A DNA stretch of 56,570 bases from Burkholderiales bacterium. GTDB lineage: Bacteria; Pseudomonadota; Gammaproteobacteria; Burkholderiales; Burkholderiaceae_C. The notes under the pieces are model-generated. The model was not told the origin of the DNA, made no database searches, and saw only the letters and a list, made by a program, of their open reading frames with translations. Made by a program: the position numbers and the translations under genes. The DNA is taken from the NCBI GenBank assembly GCA_022758925.1, contig JAEMQF010000093.1:1-56570 (forward strand), given 5' to 3'. Of the stretch, positions 1 to 11,261 are shown one piece after another; position 1 is the stretch's first letter, and each line of letters opens with the position of its first letter.

Positions 1-366
1 CGAGGTTCGAGCCTGGTGACGCGAACCTCCGACCATTCCTACGTCCAAGGCTTGGTTGACGAAGGCCAGATCACCGAGGAAGCCGCGAACAACCATCCTC
101 AATCGAACCTGCTGACAGGGTGCCTGGGGACGCACGAAGACCCGCCGTTGACGCACAAGCACATTGAGCAGCTCGAGGTGAACGACAGCATCCTCGCCTG
201 CAGTGATGGCCTGTGGCACTACTTCACGGCCATGGAAATGGGTGAGATCGTGCACACGTTGGGCCCGCGCGAAGCGAGTGAGATGCTCGTGAACAAGGCG
301 CGCCAGCGCGCCAACGGCGGCGGCGACAACATTTCGCTCGCCCTGATTCGGGTCGACCCACTCTGA
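1..366 (+). CDS. PP2C-family Ser/Thr protein phosphatase, C-terminal part (5' end lies upstream of window)
   Basis: The reading frame is open from nt 1. The tail contains ILACSDGLW and GGGDNISLALI, which are C-terminal metal-binding motifs of PP2C/Stp1-type phosphatases. Confidence 0.75.
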   Translation, partial: RGSSLVTRTSDHSYVQGLVDEGQITEEAANNHPQSNLLTGCLGTHEDPPLTHKHIEQLEVNDSILACSDGLWHYFTAMEMGEIVHTLGPREASEMLVNKARQRANGGGDNISLALIRVDPL

Positions 367-583
367 GCGCCCCAGGCCGTCGCCTGGCGCCGGCCGCCAC
401 CGGGCTTGCAGGCCCGATGGCCTTGCCCAGCCACTCGTGAGCGCGCAGGCGCTCACTCGGTGCGGGCTCAGCCCCCCCGAGTGGGTTGAGTGAAGACACT
501 TCGGGCGGCCGCGCGTTTCCAGCTGAAATTGCGTTGTGGGCTGGACTGCAGCCGCCGCAGTGCGCTTGCGCGACCCGGCGCAA

Positions 584-1315
584 TCAGGGCCTGGAGGCCC
601 CAGGCTCAGGCAGCGCTGCCGCGGGCGCGTGGCTCGCAGCGCGCTGTGCATTGCGTTGCATGACTTCGCGCAAGTGCTCTTGGGCGGCGCGTCGGCGTGC
701 CTCGAAATCAGCGCGGCTTTGCGCTTCCTGCGCGCGCCGTGCAGTCTCGGCGGCGGCGGCGGATGCTGCCGATGTTTCGGGTGCGCTGGCCTGGGTCGGG
801 TGCGTCGGCTTCGCCGCTTCGACGCCGCGCGGCGCAGTTGCCGGATCGGCGTTGCCTGGCGCCGTCGCCAAGTCGCGCGGCGCGGCAGGCAAGCGTGGGT
901 TCGGGGGCAACCGCGGTTCGCGCGGCTTGAGTGGGGGCGCTGCAGCGGCCGCGCGCGGCACACGCGGCTCCTTCTCCGCCTCGTCAACTCTGGCCGCTTT
1001 ACTGTCAATCTCCTCCTGGCGGCGCAGCGCGCGCTGCTTGCGCTGCGCCTCGTCCAGCGCTGCAGTGCGCCGCCTCAGGTCGTCCAGCGCGACGCGGCGG
1101 GTTCGTTTCGCTTCATCGGTACAAGACGTCACCGCGAACCGCTCCTGGCATATGAGTTGTTGCTCGACGTACTGCGCCTCGACGCGCACGCGCTCGCGCT
1201 CGATCGCGTCGCGTTGATTCGAATCGAACTGCTCCTCTTGCGGGGCGCTGTCGGCACCCACCAAGACACCGAGCAGGAGCAAGAGCAGCAGGCTCGACCT
1301 GGGTTTGAGCGTCAT
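584..1315 (-). CDS. secreted hypothetical protein (signal peptide, charged coiled-coil segment, Pro/Ala-rich tail)
   Basis: 243-aa ORF. N-terminal MTLKPRSSLLLLLLLGVLVGADSA looks like a Sec signal peptide. It has an Arg/Glu/Ala-rich helical middle and a low-complexity P/A C-terminus. Its ATG overlaps the zapE stop (ATGA). I recognise no family. Confidence 0.55.
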   Translation of the reverse strand: MTLKPRSSLLLLLLLGVLVGADSAPQEEQFDSNQRDAIERERVRVEAQYVEQQLICQERFAVTSCTDEAKRTRRVALDDLRRRTAALDEAQRKQRALRRQEEIDSKAARVDEAEKEPRVPRAAAAAPPLKPREPRLPPNPRLPAAPRDLATAPGNADPATAPRGVEAAKPTHPTQASAPETSAASAAAAETARRAQEAQSRADFEARRRAAQEHLREVMQRNAQRAASHAPAAALPEPGASRP

Positions 1316-2409
1316 GTGAGCGAGGTGTCCACGCTGCGGCGCGGCTTGTTCAGGAACTGGGCAGACTGCATCTCCAGCAGGCGCGAAACAGTGCGCGGAA
1401 ACTCATGCACCAGTGGCCCCTCGGTGTACAGCGCGGCGGGCTGCACGGCCGCCGACAACACCAATTTGACGTTGCGATCATAGAGGACGTCCACCAGCCA
1501 GGTGAAACGGCGCGCTTCTGAGGCCAGGCGCGGCGTCATCTGCGGTACGTCGGACAACAGCACCGTGTGAAAGCGGGTCGCCAACTCGAGGTAGTCATTT
1601 TGCGAACGCGGGCCGCCGCACAGAACCTTGAAGTCGAACCAGACCACACCACCGGCGCGGCGCCTGGTGTGCAACTCGCGATGTTCGATGTGCAAGACCG
1701 GGTCTTCGTCTTTCGCTTCAGCCAGGCGTTCGAACGCGAGTTGCATCGCGCGGTTCGCACCGGCACCGAGTGGGCAGTGGTACATGCCCAACTCGGCGAA
1801 GGCGAGCTGCCGGTAGTCACTCCCCGGGCCGATGCCGACGACTTCGAGATGGGTCTCGAGCAGGGCGATGGCCGGCAGCATGCGTTCGCGGTGCAAACCG
1901 TTCGGATACAGCGCCCCGGGCTCGAAGTTGGACGTGGCCACCAGACTCACGCGGTTTTCGAACAGCGCTTCGAGCAGGCGGTGCAGGATCAAAGCGTCCG
2001 TGACGTCGGCAACATGAAACTCGTCGAAGCAAATCAGGCGGTGTCGGCGGGCGATGCGGCGGCCGAGTTCCTGCAAGGGATCGGGTGTTCCCTGCAGTTC
2101 GGCGAGTTCGCGATGCACCTCGCGCATGAACTCGTGAAAATGCAGGCGCGTCTTGCGCAGCAGAGGGACGGAGAGGTAGAAGCAATCCATGAGGAAGCTC
2201 TTGCCGCGGCCCACGCCACCGTGCAGGTACACGCCGCGCGGGAGCGGCGGGTGCGCCACCAGCTTCGTCAAGACATTGCTGCGGCGCGCCTTGTACGCCA
2301 CCCATTCGTCTTCGCAGCGTTGCAGTGACTCGAGCGCGCGAAGTTGCCCGGCGTCGGCAGCGAAGCCGCGCTCGCGACGGGTCTGTTCGTAAAGATCCTT
2401 GAGCGCCAC
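1312..2409 (-). CDS. zapE: cell division protein ZapE (AFG1-like ATPase)
   Basis: 365-aa ORF with Walker A GGVGRGKSFLMD and AFG1/ZapE-type architecture. It lies directly downstream of lpdA. Confidence 0.9.
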   Translation of the reverse strand: MALKDLYEQTRRERGFAADAGQLRALESLQRCEDEWVAYKARRSNVLTKLVAHPPLPRGVYLHGGVGRGKSFLMDCFYLSVPLLRKTRLHFHEFMREVHRELAELQGTPDPLQELGRRIARRHRLICFDEFHVADVTDALILHRLLEALFENRVSLVATSNFEPGALYPNGLHRERMLPAIALLETHLEVVGIGPGSDYRQLAFAELGMYHCPLGAGANRAMQLAFERLAEAKDEDPVLHIEHRELHTRRRAGGVVWFDFKVLCGGPRSQNDYLELATRFHTVLLSDVPQMTPRLASEARRFTWLVDVLYDRNVKLVLSAAVQPAALYTEGPLVHEFPRTVSRLLEMQSAQFLNKPRRSVDTSLT

Positions 2410-2426
2410 GTCGATACGCGGCCGGA

Positions 2427-3854
2427 TCAGAAATTCAAGCTGCGCTTGTCCACCGCCAGCGCCGCTTCCTTGGTCGATTCGCTGAGTGAGGGATGGGCAT
2501 GGCAGATGCGCGCGATGTCTTCAGCGCTGGCCTTGAACGCCATCGCCACCACGGCCTCGGCGATCAACTCCGAGGCGAATGGCCCGACGATATGCACGCC
2601 GAGGATCTCATCGGTGCGCGCATCCGCGAGCATCTTCACGAATCCGCCCGTGTCGCCCAGCGCACGCGCGCGGCCGTTCGCCATGAACGGAAAACTGCCG
2701 CCCTTGTAGGCTCGACCCGACGCCTTCAGCTGCTGTTCGGTCTGACCCACCCACGCGATTTCCGGACTCGTGTAAATCACCCAGGGGATGAGGTTGAAGT
2801 CGACATGACCGTGCTGCCCGGCGATGCTCTCTGCCACGGCAACGCCTTCTTCCTCGGCCTTGTGCGCGAGCATCGGACCACGCACCACGTCGCCCACTGC
2901 CCAGACATTTGGCAGATTGGTTCGGCACGCATCGTCCACGCCGATCGCGCCACGTTCGTCGAGCGTCAAGCCTACTGCCTGCGCATTCAGGCCGATCGTG
3001 TTGGCGACGCGGCCGATCGAGACGATGAGCTTGTCGACGACGAGCGTCTGCGCGCCACCCTTTGCGTCGACATAGGCCACACTGACTCCGCCTTTGCCGC
3101 TCTTGACCTCTGCGATACCACAGCCGAGCTCGATGTTCAGGCCCTGCTTCGTGAAAGCCTTGTGCGCTTCTTTGGCGACCTGCGTGTCGACAGCGCCCAG
3201 GAATTCCGGCAGCGCCTCGAGCACCGTGACCTTGGCGCCCAGGCGGCGCCAGACCGAGCCCATCTCCAGCCCGATCACGCCCGAGCCGATGACACCGAGT
3301 GTCTTCGGAACCGAGGCCATGCGCAGCGCGCCATCGTTGCTGAGAATGCTCTGCTCGTCGAATGCCGCGCCCGGCAGTGGACGCGGATTGGACCCCGTGG
3401 CGACGACCACATGCCTGGCGACAATCGACTCCGGCTTGTCACCCGCCACCGCGATGCGATAGGCCCCGCCCTCAGCGCTGACAAACGAGCCCCTGCCGTG
3501 GAAGAACGTGACCTTGTTCTTCTTGAAGAGGTAAAGGATGCCATCGTTGTTTTGCTTGACGATGGCATCTTTGCGGCCGAGCATCCTGGCCAGATCCAGG
3601 CTCAGGCCCTCCATGCCGATACCGTGCGCGGCAAAGTGATGCCCGGCGTGCTCGTAGTTCTCGCTCGACTGGAGCAGCGCCTTGCTCGGGATACAACCGA
3701 CGTTGGTGCAGGTGCCGCCCAGGGCGGGACCGCCCTTGTCGTTTTTCCACTCGTCGATGCACGCCGTATTCAGGCCGAGTTGGGCGGCTCGAATCGCCGC
3801 GATGTAGCCGCCGGGCCCGGCACCAATGACGACGACGTCGAAAGCTGTACTCAT
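2427..3854 (-). CDS. lpdA: dihydrolipoyl dehydrogenase (E3 of 2-oxoglutarate dehydrogenase complex)
   Basis: 475-aa ORF with FAD fold [11 protein letters not shown] and redox disulfide [13 protein letters not shown]. It follows sucA-sucB. Confidence 0.95.
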   Translation of the reverse strand: MSTAFDVVVIGAGPGGYIAAIRAAQLGLNTACIDEWKNDKGGPALGGTCTNVGCIPSKALLQSSENYEHAGHHFAAHGIGMEGLSLDLARMLGRKDAIVKQNNDGILYLFKKNKVTFFHGRGSFVSAEGGAYRIAVAGDKPESIVARHVVVATGSNPRPLPGAAFDEQSILSNDGALRMASVPKTLGVIGSGVIGLEMGSVWRRLGAKVTVLEALPEFLGAVDTQVAKEAHKAFTKQGLNIELGCGIAEVKSGKGGVSVAYVDAKGGAQTLVVDKLIVSIGRVANTIGLNAQAVGLTLDERGAIGVDDACRTNLPNVWAVGDVVRGPMLAHKAEEEGVAVAESIAGQHGHVDFNLIPWVIYTSPEIAWVGQTEQQLKASGRAYKGGSFPFMANGRARALGDTGGFVKMLADARTDEILGVHIVGPFASELIAEAVVAMAFKASAEDIARICHAHPSLSESTKEAALAVDKRSLNF

Positions 3855-3864
3855 CGGCTGCGCT

Positions 3865-5118
<1,254 letters not shown>

Positions 5119-5212
5119 GACCTGCCCTCTTGTGGTGTGGCGCCAGCGCCTTCACGGCGAACGTCGCGGTGGATGCGGTACGCAGAAATCTTCGAGTTGC
5201 GCGCGGTCCGTG

Positions 5213-8071
5213 CTATTTCGAGAGCACGAATCCTTTGAGCTTGCCGAACGCCTGCTCGAGCAAGGCCCGCAATTGCTCCTGATGCAGGTGTGCGTAGCCC
5301 ACCGCGGGCGAGGCCGATGCCGGGCGCCCCGCGTAGCCGAGCTTCTGCCCTTCCGACATGTTCTCCTGGATGTAGTGCTGCACGAAGAACCATGCGCCCT
5401 GATTCTGTGGCTCGTCCTGGCACCAGATGACCTCCGTCGCCGCGGGGTACTTTTTCATCTCCGTGGCAAAGGCGCGGTGCGGGAACGGATAGAGCTGCTC
5501 GACGCGCAGCAGCGCGACATCACCGTTCTTCTGCTCGGCGCGCGCTTTCACCAGGTCATAGTAGATCTTTCCCGAACAGGCGATGATGCGCTTCACCTTG
5601 TCGGCGCTCACCTCGGCGTTGACTTCGCCGATCACCGTCTTGAATTCACCTTTGGTGAACTCCGCCAGCGGCGAGGTCGCGTCTTTGGCGCGCAACAGGG
5701 ACTTCGGCGTCATGATGACGAGTGGCTTGCGGAACATGCGCACCATTTGCCGGCGCAGCACATGGAAGATCTGGCTCGCCGTCGTCGGCTGCACGACCTG
5801 CATATTGCTGTCCGCGGCGAGTTGCATGAATCGCTCCAGGCGCGCCGACGAATGCTCCGGACCCTGGCCTTCGTAGCCATGCGGCAACATCAGCGTGATG
5901 CCGTTGGCGCGCCCCCACTTCACTTCGCCCGACGCGATGAACTGGTCGATCACGACTTGCGCGCCATTCACGAAGTCGCCGAACTGCGCCTCCCAGATCA
6001 CGAGCGTGTTCGGCTCCGCCGACGCATAACCGTATTCGAACCCGAGCACGGCTTCTTCCGAAAGCAGCGAATCGATGACGACGAATGGCGCCTGCCCCGC
6101 CGCCACATGCTGCAGCGGCGTGTAGGTGCCCTCGTCCCACTTCTCGCGGTTCTGGTCGTGCAATACGGCGTGGCGGTGGGTGAACGTTCCGCGCCCGCAA
6201 TCTTCGCCGGACAGGCGAACCGCGTAGCCACTGGCCACCAGCGAGGCGAATGCGAGGTGTTCGCCCATGCCCCAGTCGACCTTGACCTCGCCGCGCCCCA
6301 TGGCGGCACGATCCGCGAGCACTTTTTCAACCAGCGAATGCACTTTGAAATTGGCCGGCACCGTGCTCAGGCGTTCGGCCAGGCGTTTCACTTCCGCCAG
6401 GGGCAATGCCGTGTCCGACGCGTCGGTCCACTTCTTGCCGAGGAACGGCGCCCAGTCGACGGCGTACTTGCTCTTGTAGTTCGTCAGCACCGGATCGACC
6501 GTGTGTTTTCCGGCCTCCAGTGCCGCGCGAAATTCCTTGGCCATCTCGTCCGGCCCGGCGCCCGGCAGCACGCCTTGCGCCACCAGGCGTTCGCCGTAGA
6601 GCTTGCGCGTCCCGGGGTGCTGGCCGATCTTCTTGTACATCAGCGGCTGCGTCAACGACGGCGTGTCCTGCTCGTTGTGACCGAGCTTGCGAAAGCAGAC
6701 GATGTCGAGCACGACATCCTTGTTGAATTCTTGCCGGTAGTCGAGCACCAGTTGCGTGGCCAAGACCACGGCCTCGGGGTCGTCGCCGTTGACGTGCAGC
6801 ACCGGCGCTTCGATCATCTTCACGACGTCGGTGCAATACAAGGTCGAGCGCGTATCGCGCGGGTCCGACGTGGTAAAGCCGATCTGGTTGTTGATGACCA
6901 CGTGCACCGTGCCGCCGGTGTAGTAACCGCGAGTCTGCGCCAGCGCCAGAGTTTCCATCACCACGCCCTGGCCGGCGAACGCAGCGTCGCCGTGCACGAG
7001 GATGGGCAGCACGGTGTCGCCCGCAGCGTCGCCGCGCCGGTCCTGGCGCGCCTTGACCGAACCTTCGACGACCGGATTGACGATCTCCAGGTGCGAAGGG
7101 TTGAACGCCAGGCTCAGGTGCACCGGGCCGTTGGGAGTGGTCACGTCGCTCGAGAAACCCTGGTGGTACTTCACGTCGCCCGCGGGCAGGTCTTCCTTGG
7201 CGGTGTGGTCGAACTCGGCAAACAGGTCTTTGGGCATCTTGCCCAAGGTATTCACGAGCACGTTGAGACGGCCGCGGTGCGCCATGCCGATCACGATTTC
7301 CTGCACGCCGTTCGCGCCGGCGCGCTGCACCAGCTCGTCCATGGCCGCGATGAAACTCTCGCCGCCCTCGAGTGAAAACCGCTTCTGGCCGACGTATCTG
7401 GTATGCAGAAAACGCTCCAGGCCCTCAGCCGCGGTGAGCCGATCGAGAATGTGCTTCTTGACTTCGACGCTGAAGTTCGGCTTGCTGCGCACGCTCTCCA
7501 GCCGCATTTGCCACCAGCGCTTTTCAGCGGGCTCGGTGACATGCATGTACTCGGCGCCAATTGATCCGCAATAGGTTTCACGCAGCGCCTGCAGGATCTC
7601 GCGCAACGTCATGTTCTCGGCCGACGAGAAGTAGGTGTTCGACGCGCTGAACGCGATGTCCATGTCGGACTCGATCAGGTCGTAGAACGCCGGCTCGAGC
7701 TCGGGAATCTTCGGCCGCTCCTGGCGCTGCAGCGGGTCCAGGTCGGCCCAGCGTGAGCCGAGAAACCGATAGGCCGCGATCAGCGACTGCACATGCACCT
7801 GTTTGCGCGCCACGGCCAGGTCGGCGCTCGAGGCCTTGTTGCCGAAGGCGTTCGCCTTGGCGCGTTGTGCAAACGATTCGACGACCGGGGCGTGCGCCAC
7901 GTCGCGCGCCGCCGAGCCGTCGGTGGCGGGAACGTTTTGCAGGGCGTCGAAGTAGGCGCGCCAGGGGTCGGCGACAGAGCCGGGGTTGTCGAGGTAGGCC
8001 TCGTACATCTCCTCGACGTAAGGCGCGTTGCCGCCGAACAGGTGCGAGCTGGCGCGGTACTGCTGCATCAT
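5213..8071 (-). CDS. sucA: 2-oxoglutarate dehydrogenase E1 component
   Basis: 952-aa ORF with a full-length E1o architecture. The N-terminus is MMQQYRASSHLFGGNAPYVEEMYEAYL. Confidence 0.95.
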   Translation of the reverse strand: MMQQYRASSHLFGGNAPYVEEMYEAYLDNPGSVADPWRAYFDALQNVPATDGSAARDVAHAPVVESFAQRAKANAFGNKASSADLAVARKQVHVQSLIAAYRFLGSRWADLDPLQRQERPKIPELEPAFYDLIESDMDIAFSASNTYFSSAENMTLREILQALRETYCGSIGAEYMHVTEPAEKRWWQMRLESVRSKPNFSVEVKKHILDRLTAAEGLERFLHTRYVGQKRFSLEGGESFIAAMDELVQRAGANGVQEIVIGMAHRGRLNVLVNTLGKMPKDLFAEFDHTAKEDLPAGDVKYHQGFSSDVTTPNGPVHLSLAFNPSHLEIVNPVVEGSVKARQDRRGDAAGDTVLPILVHGDAAFAGQGVVMETLALAQTRGYYTGGTVHVVINNQIGFTTSDPRDTRSTLYCTDVVKMIEAPVLHVNGDDPEAVVLATQLVLDYRQEFNKDVVLDIVCFRKLGHNEQDTPSLTQPLMYKKIGQHPGTRKLYGERLVAQGVLPGAGPDEMAKEFRAALEAGKHTVDPVLTNYKSKYAVDWAPFLGKKWTDASDTALPLAEVKRLAERLSTVPANFKVHSLVEKVLADRAAMGRGEVKVDWGMGEHLAFASLVASGYAVRLSGEDCGRGTFTHRHAVLHDQNREKWDEGTYTPLQHVAAGQAPFVVIDSLLSEEAVLGFEYGYASAEPNTLVIWEAQFGDFVNGAQVVIDQFIASGEVKWGRANGITLMLPHGYEGQGPEHSSARLERFMQLAADSNMQVVQPTTASQIFHVLRRQMVRMFRKPLVIMTPKSLLRAKDATSPLAEFTKGEFKTVIGEVNAEVSADKVKRIIACSGKIYYDLVKARAEQKNGDVALLRVEQLYPFPHRAFATEMKKYPAATEVIWCQDEPQNQGAWFFVQHYIQENMSEGQKLGYAGRPASASPAVGYAHLHQEQLRALLEQAFGKLKGFVLSK

Positions 8072-8190
8072 TTGCGCTCACCTTTTGTGCCGCCTTGCGG
8101 CACTCCGATGGGTTGATCAACCTTCCGCGCCACGGCTTCACCGGTTAGCGGACAAGCAGCCCGCGCGCTGCTGCGCGCAGCGCGGGGCGG
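8072..8190 (-). promoter_or_regulatory. structured sucA 5' leader, candidate 'sucA RNA motif' (Burkholderiales cis-regulatory RNA of unknown ligand)
   Basis: Several elements lie in the 320-bp upstream gap. A GC hairpin gtgccgc-aag-gcggcac (8087-8103) sits 16 nt from the ATG, next to the AGGTGA Shine-Dalgarno. There is a 10-nt palindrome gttgatcaac (8112-8121) and a long GC hairpin (8160-8187). Assignment to the motif comes from its known genomic context, not from a covariance-model search. Confidence 0.35.
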
Positions 8191-8391
8191 AACGAACACT
8201 GCCGGGCCGGACTGTAACACCGTGCTTCCTGAGGCGTCGCCGCGGGCGCGACCTCGTGCTGTGCGCAATGTCCCGGAACTCCCGGCCTTGGCCTCGCGCC
8301 CGCGCCGGCACGCGACTGCGGGGTTTCCCGACCCTGCCAGGCAAGCGCCTGCCTTAGCATGGCGGCTCGCAAATTCGCCGAGGAGCATTGC

Positions 8392-9966
8392 ATGAAACTG
8401 ACCAAGCTACTGGTCGCCGCCGCGTCGGCGCTGGTCCTGATCGCCGCCCCTGTGCAGGCCGTCACCTTGCGCTGGGCCGCGCAGAACGACATCCTGACCC
8501 TGGACCCGCATTCGCAGAACCATGCCACGACGAACGCGATCCTGATGCATTCCTACGAGGGCTTGACGCGCTACAGCGCAAGGTACGAAATCGAGCCGTC
8601 GTTGGCCACCAAGTGGACCTACCTGAGCCCGACCCAGGTGCGATTCGACCTGCGCAAGGGCGTCAAATTCCACGACGGCACGCCATTCAGCGCCGACGAC
8701 GTGCTGTTCTCGTTCGGCCGCATCAAGCAGCCACAGGGCACGATGTCGATTTACGTGACAGGCGTGGCCGACATCAAGAAGATCGACGATCACACCGTCG
8801 ACTTCATCCTGTCGAGCGCGAATCCGATCCTGTTGCGAAACATCGTCGACTTTCGCATCATGAGCAAGGGCTGGTCGGAAAAGAACAAGAGCACGAACGT
8901 GCAGGACTACAAGGCCAAGGAAGACACCTTCGCCTCGCGCAACGTGAACGGCACGGGCTCCTACAAGATCACCGGCTGGGCGCCCGACCAGCGCGTGACG
9001 ATGACGATCAATCGCGATTGGTGGGACAAACACACGAGCAACGTCACCGAAGTCGTGTACACGCCGATCAAGTCGGACCCGACGCGCGTCGCCGCATTGT
9101 TGTCGGGCGACATCGACATGCTCACCGACCTGCCCACGCCCGATGTGGCGCGTCTGCGCAGCGAACCCAAGCTCAAGGTGCTCGACGGCCACGAAGTGCG
9201 CACCATCTTCGTCGCGCTCGACCAGGGCAGCGACGAGCTGAAGTACTCCGACGTGAAGGGCAAGAACCCGTTCAAGGACAAGCGCGTGCGCGAAGCGCTG
9301 AACGTCGCGATCGACCGCGAGGCGATCAAGCGCAGCATCATGCGCGGCATGTCGCTGCCTGCGGCGATCATGGTCGCCCCGGGCGTGAACGGTCACGCGC
9401 CCGACATCGACCAGCCCTTGAAACAGGACACCGACAAGGCCAAGCGTCTGCTGGCCGAAGCGGGCTACCCGAACGGCTTCGAATTCCAGCTCAACTGCCC
9501 GAACAACCGCTACGTGAACGACGAAGAAATCTGCCAAGCCCTGGTCGCGATGTGGGCACGCGCGGGCCTGAAGGTCAGGCTTGCCTCCGAGGGCATGGCC
9601 ACCTTCATCCAGAAAGTGCAGAACTTCGACACCTCAGCGTATCTGCTGGGCTGGGGCGTTGCCACCTATGACGCCCAGTATTCACTGCAATCGCTGATCC
9701 GCACCCGCACCAGCGGCGCCGACGGCAACTTCAACTTCGCCAAGGTCAGCGATGCAAAAGTGGATCAACTCACCGACGCGATGAAGTCGGAGACCGACAT
9801 CGCCAAGCGCAATGCCATGATTCGCGAAGCCCTGGTGCGCACACGCGATGAATTCCTGTACGTCCCGCTGCACCACCAGATACGCCCGTGGGCGATGAAA
9901 CTGGGCGTCGATACGGTGCACCGCTCGGATGACCGGCCGGAAGCACGCTTCACCTCGGTCAGATAG
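8392..9966 (+). CDS. ABC transporter substrate-binding protein, family 5 (Dpp/Opp/Nik type), no cognate permease or ATPase nearby
   Basis: The track ORF is 8359-9966. GAGGAG 8 nt upstream favours the ATG at 8392, which gives the signal peptide MKLTKLLVAAASALVLIAAPVQA. Length and sequence are typical of SBP_bac_5 proteins. Confidence 0.85.
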   Translation: MKLTKLLVAAASALVLIAAPVQAVTLRWAAQNDILTLDPHSQNHATTNAILMHSYEGLTRYSARYEIEPSLATKWTYLSPTQVRFDLRKGVKFHDGTPFSADDVLFSFGRIKQPQGTMSIYVTGVADIKKIDDHTVDFILSSANPILLRNIVDFRIMSKGWSEKNKSTNVQDYKAKEDTFASRNVNGTGSYKITGWAPDQRVTMTINRDWWDKHTSNVTEVVYTPIKSDPTRVAALLSGDIDMLTDLPTPDVARLRSEPKLKVLDGHEVRTIFVALDQGSDELKYSDVKGKNPFKDKRVREALNVAIDREAIKRSIMRGMSLPAAIMVAPGVNGHAPDIDQPLKQDTDKAKRLLAEAGYPNGFEFQLNCPNNRYVNDEEICQALVAMWARAGLKVRLASEGMATFIQKVQNFDTSAYLLGWGVATYDAQYSLQSLIRTRTSGADGNFNFAKVSDAKVDQLTDAMKSETDIAKRNAMIREALVRTRDEFLYVPLHHQIRPWAMKLGVDTVHRSDDRPEARFTSVR

Positions 9967-9983
9967 CGCGAAGGAGAAGTGTG

Positions 9984-11261
9984 ATGCACTCACGCCGCAA
10001 GCTCGTCACCGCCGGCGCCGCGCTGGCCACGCTGGGAGCGCTGCCGGCCGCTGCGCTCGCGGCGATGGGGCCAGACGACAAGTTCGATCTGCTCTTGCGC
10101 AACGCCAACGTGCTCGATCCGAGCCAAGGCCTTTCGGGCAAGCGCGATATTGGCATTCGCTACGGCGTGATCGAGGCCATCGAAGCGAACATCGCCGCGG
10201 AGCGCGGATTGCGCGTGCTTGACGTGGGCGGCAAGCTCGTCACGCCAGGCCTGGTCGACCTGCACGCGCACACCTACGCTTTTGGCTCGGCGATCGGTAT
10301 CCCGGCCGACGAGTTGACGGCCAATCAATGCACCACCACGGTCGTTTCCGCCGGCGATGCCGGCGCCTACAACCTGGCGGGATTTCGCCGCTTTGTCGTA
10401 CCGGGCTCGCGCACGCGGCAGTTCGCCTTTGTCCACATTGCCGTGGCCGGGCTCGCGGGTTTCCCGGTTCCCGAGCTCTACAACATCGACTACGCGCAAG
10501 TCGACGTCACCGCACGCGCCGTCGCCGAAAATGCGGACTTCGTGCTCGGCGTCAAGGTCCGCATGAGCGAAAACGTCATCGCGCGCCATGGCGTCGAGCC
10601 GCTGAAACGTGCGATATCGGCATGCGAACGCTCGGGTGTCCCGGCAAAGGTCATGTGCCACATCGGCGGCGTGGCCGATCGCGCGCTGATGTCGCAGATC
10701 CTCGACCTGCTGCGTCCCGGCGACGTCCTCACGCACTGCTACTCCGGCGCGCCCAACATCGCGGGTGACGCAACCAACATCGTGCAAGACGGCAAGCTGT
10801 TGCCGGCGGCATTGGCTGCGAAGCGGCGCGGCGTGGTCTTCGACGTCGGCCACGGCGGCGGCAGCTTCGACTACACGATTGCCGAGGCCGCCGTCGCCCA
10901 GGGCTGCGCACCCGACACGATCTCGTCCGACATTCACGTCTTCTCAGGCAATACACCTGGAATGCCCTACCTGCCGTGGGTGATGAGCAAGTTCATCGGC
11001 ATGGGATTCACGTTGGAACAGGTGGTCACGATGGCCACGGCAGCGCCGGCGCGGGTCATCGGGCGGGTGCCCAAACTCGGCACGCTGCAAAAGGGTGCGC
11101 CTGCCGACTTGTCGATCCTGGAAATGATCGAAGGCGCCGTGTCGTTCGTTGATACGCGCAACAACAAGCGCGACGGCAAGATGCACTTGCGACCCGCCGG
11201 CACCGTGGTCGCCGGGGTCGCGTTCGGTCGGCCCTACCAGGCGCCGTTCACGGTACGCTGA
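9984..11261 (+). CDS. Tat-exported amidohydrolase-family metallohydrolase (dihydroorotase/deacetylase-like)
   Basis: AAGGAG lies 7 nt upstream of the ATG. The N-terminus has the twin-arginine motif HSRRKLVTAGAALATLGALPAAALA. The HxH metal site is LVDLHAHTY. Confidence 0.8.
   Translation: MHSRRKLVTAGAALATLGALPAAALAAMGPDDKFDLLLRNANVLDPSQGLSGKRDIGIRYGVIEAIEANIAAERGLRVLDVGGKLVTPGLVDLHAHTYAFGSAIGIPADELTANQCTTTVVSAGDAGAYNLAGFRRFVVPGSRTRQFAFVHIAVAGLAGFPVPELYNIDYAQVDVTARAVAENADFVLGVKVRMSENVIARHGVEPLKRAISACERSGVPAKVMCHIGGVADRALMSQILDLLRPGDVLTHCYSGAPNIAGDATNIVQDGKLLPAALAAKRRGVVFDVGHGGGSFDYTIAEAAVAQGCAPDTISSDIHVFSGNTPGMPYLPWVMSKFIGMGFTLEQVVTMATAAPARVIGRVPKLGTLQKGAPADLSILEMIEGAVSFVDTRNNKRDGKMHLRPAGTVVAGVAFGRPYQAPFTVR

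Noticed and set aside
486-1483. 243-aa and 315-aa + strand ORFs between the PP2C gene and zapE
   Set aside because: They are antisense to the signal-peptide-bearing ORF that is stop-start coupled to zapE. Their composition is extremely Arg/Ala/Cys-rich with no start context.
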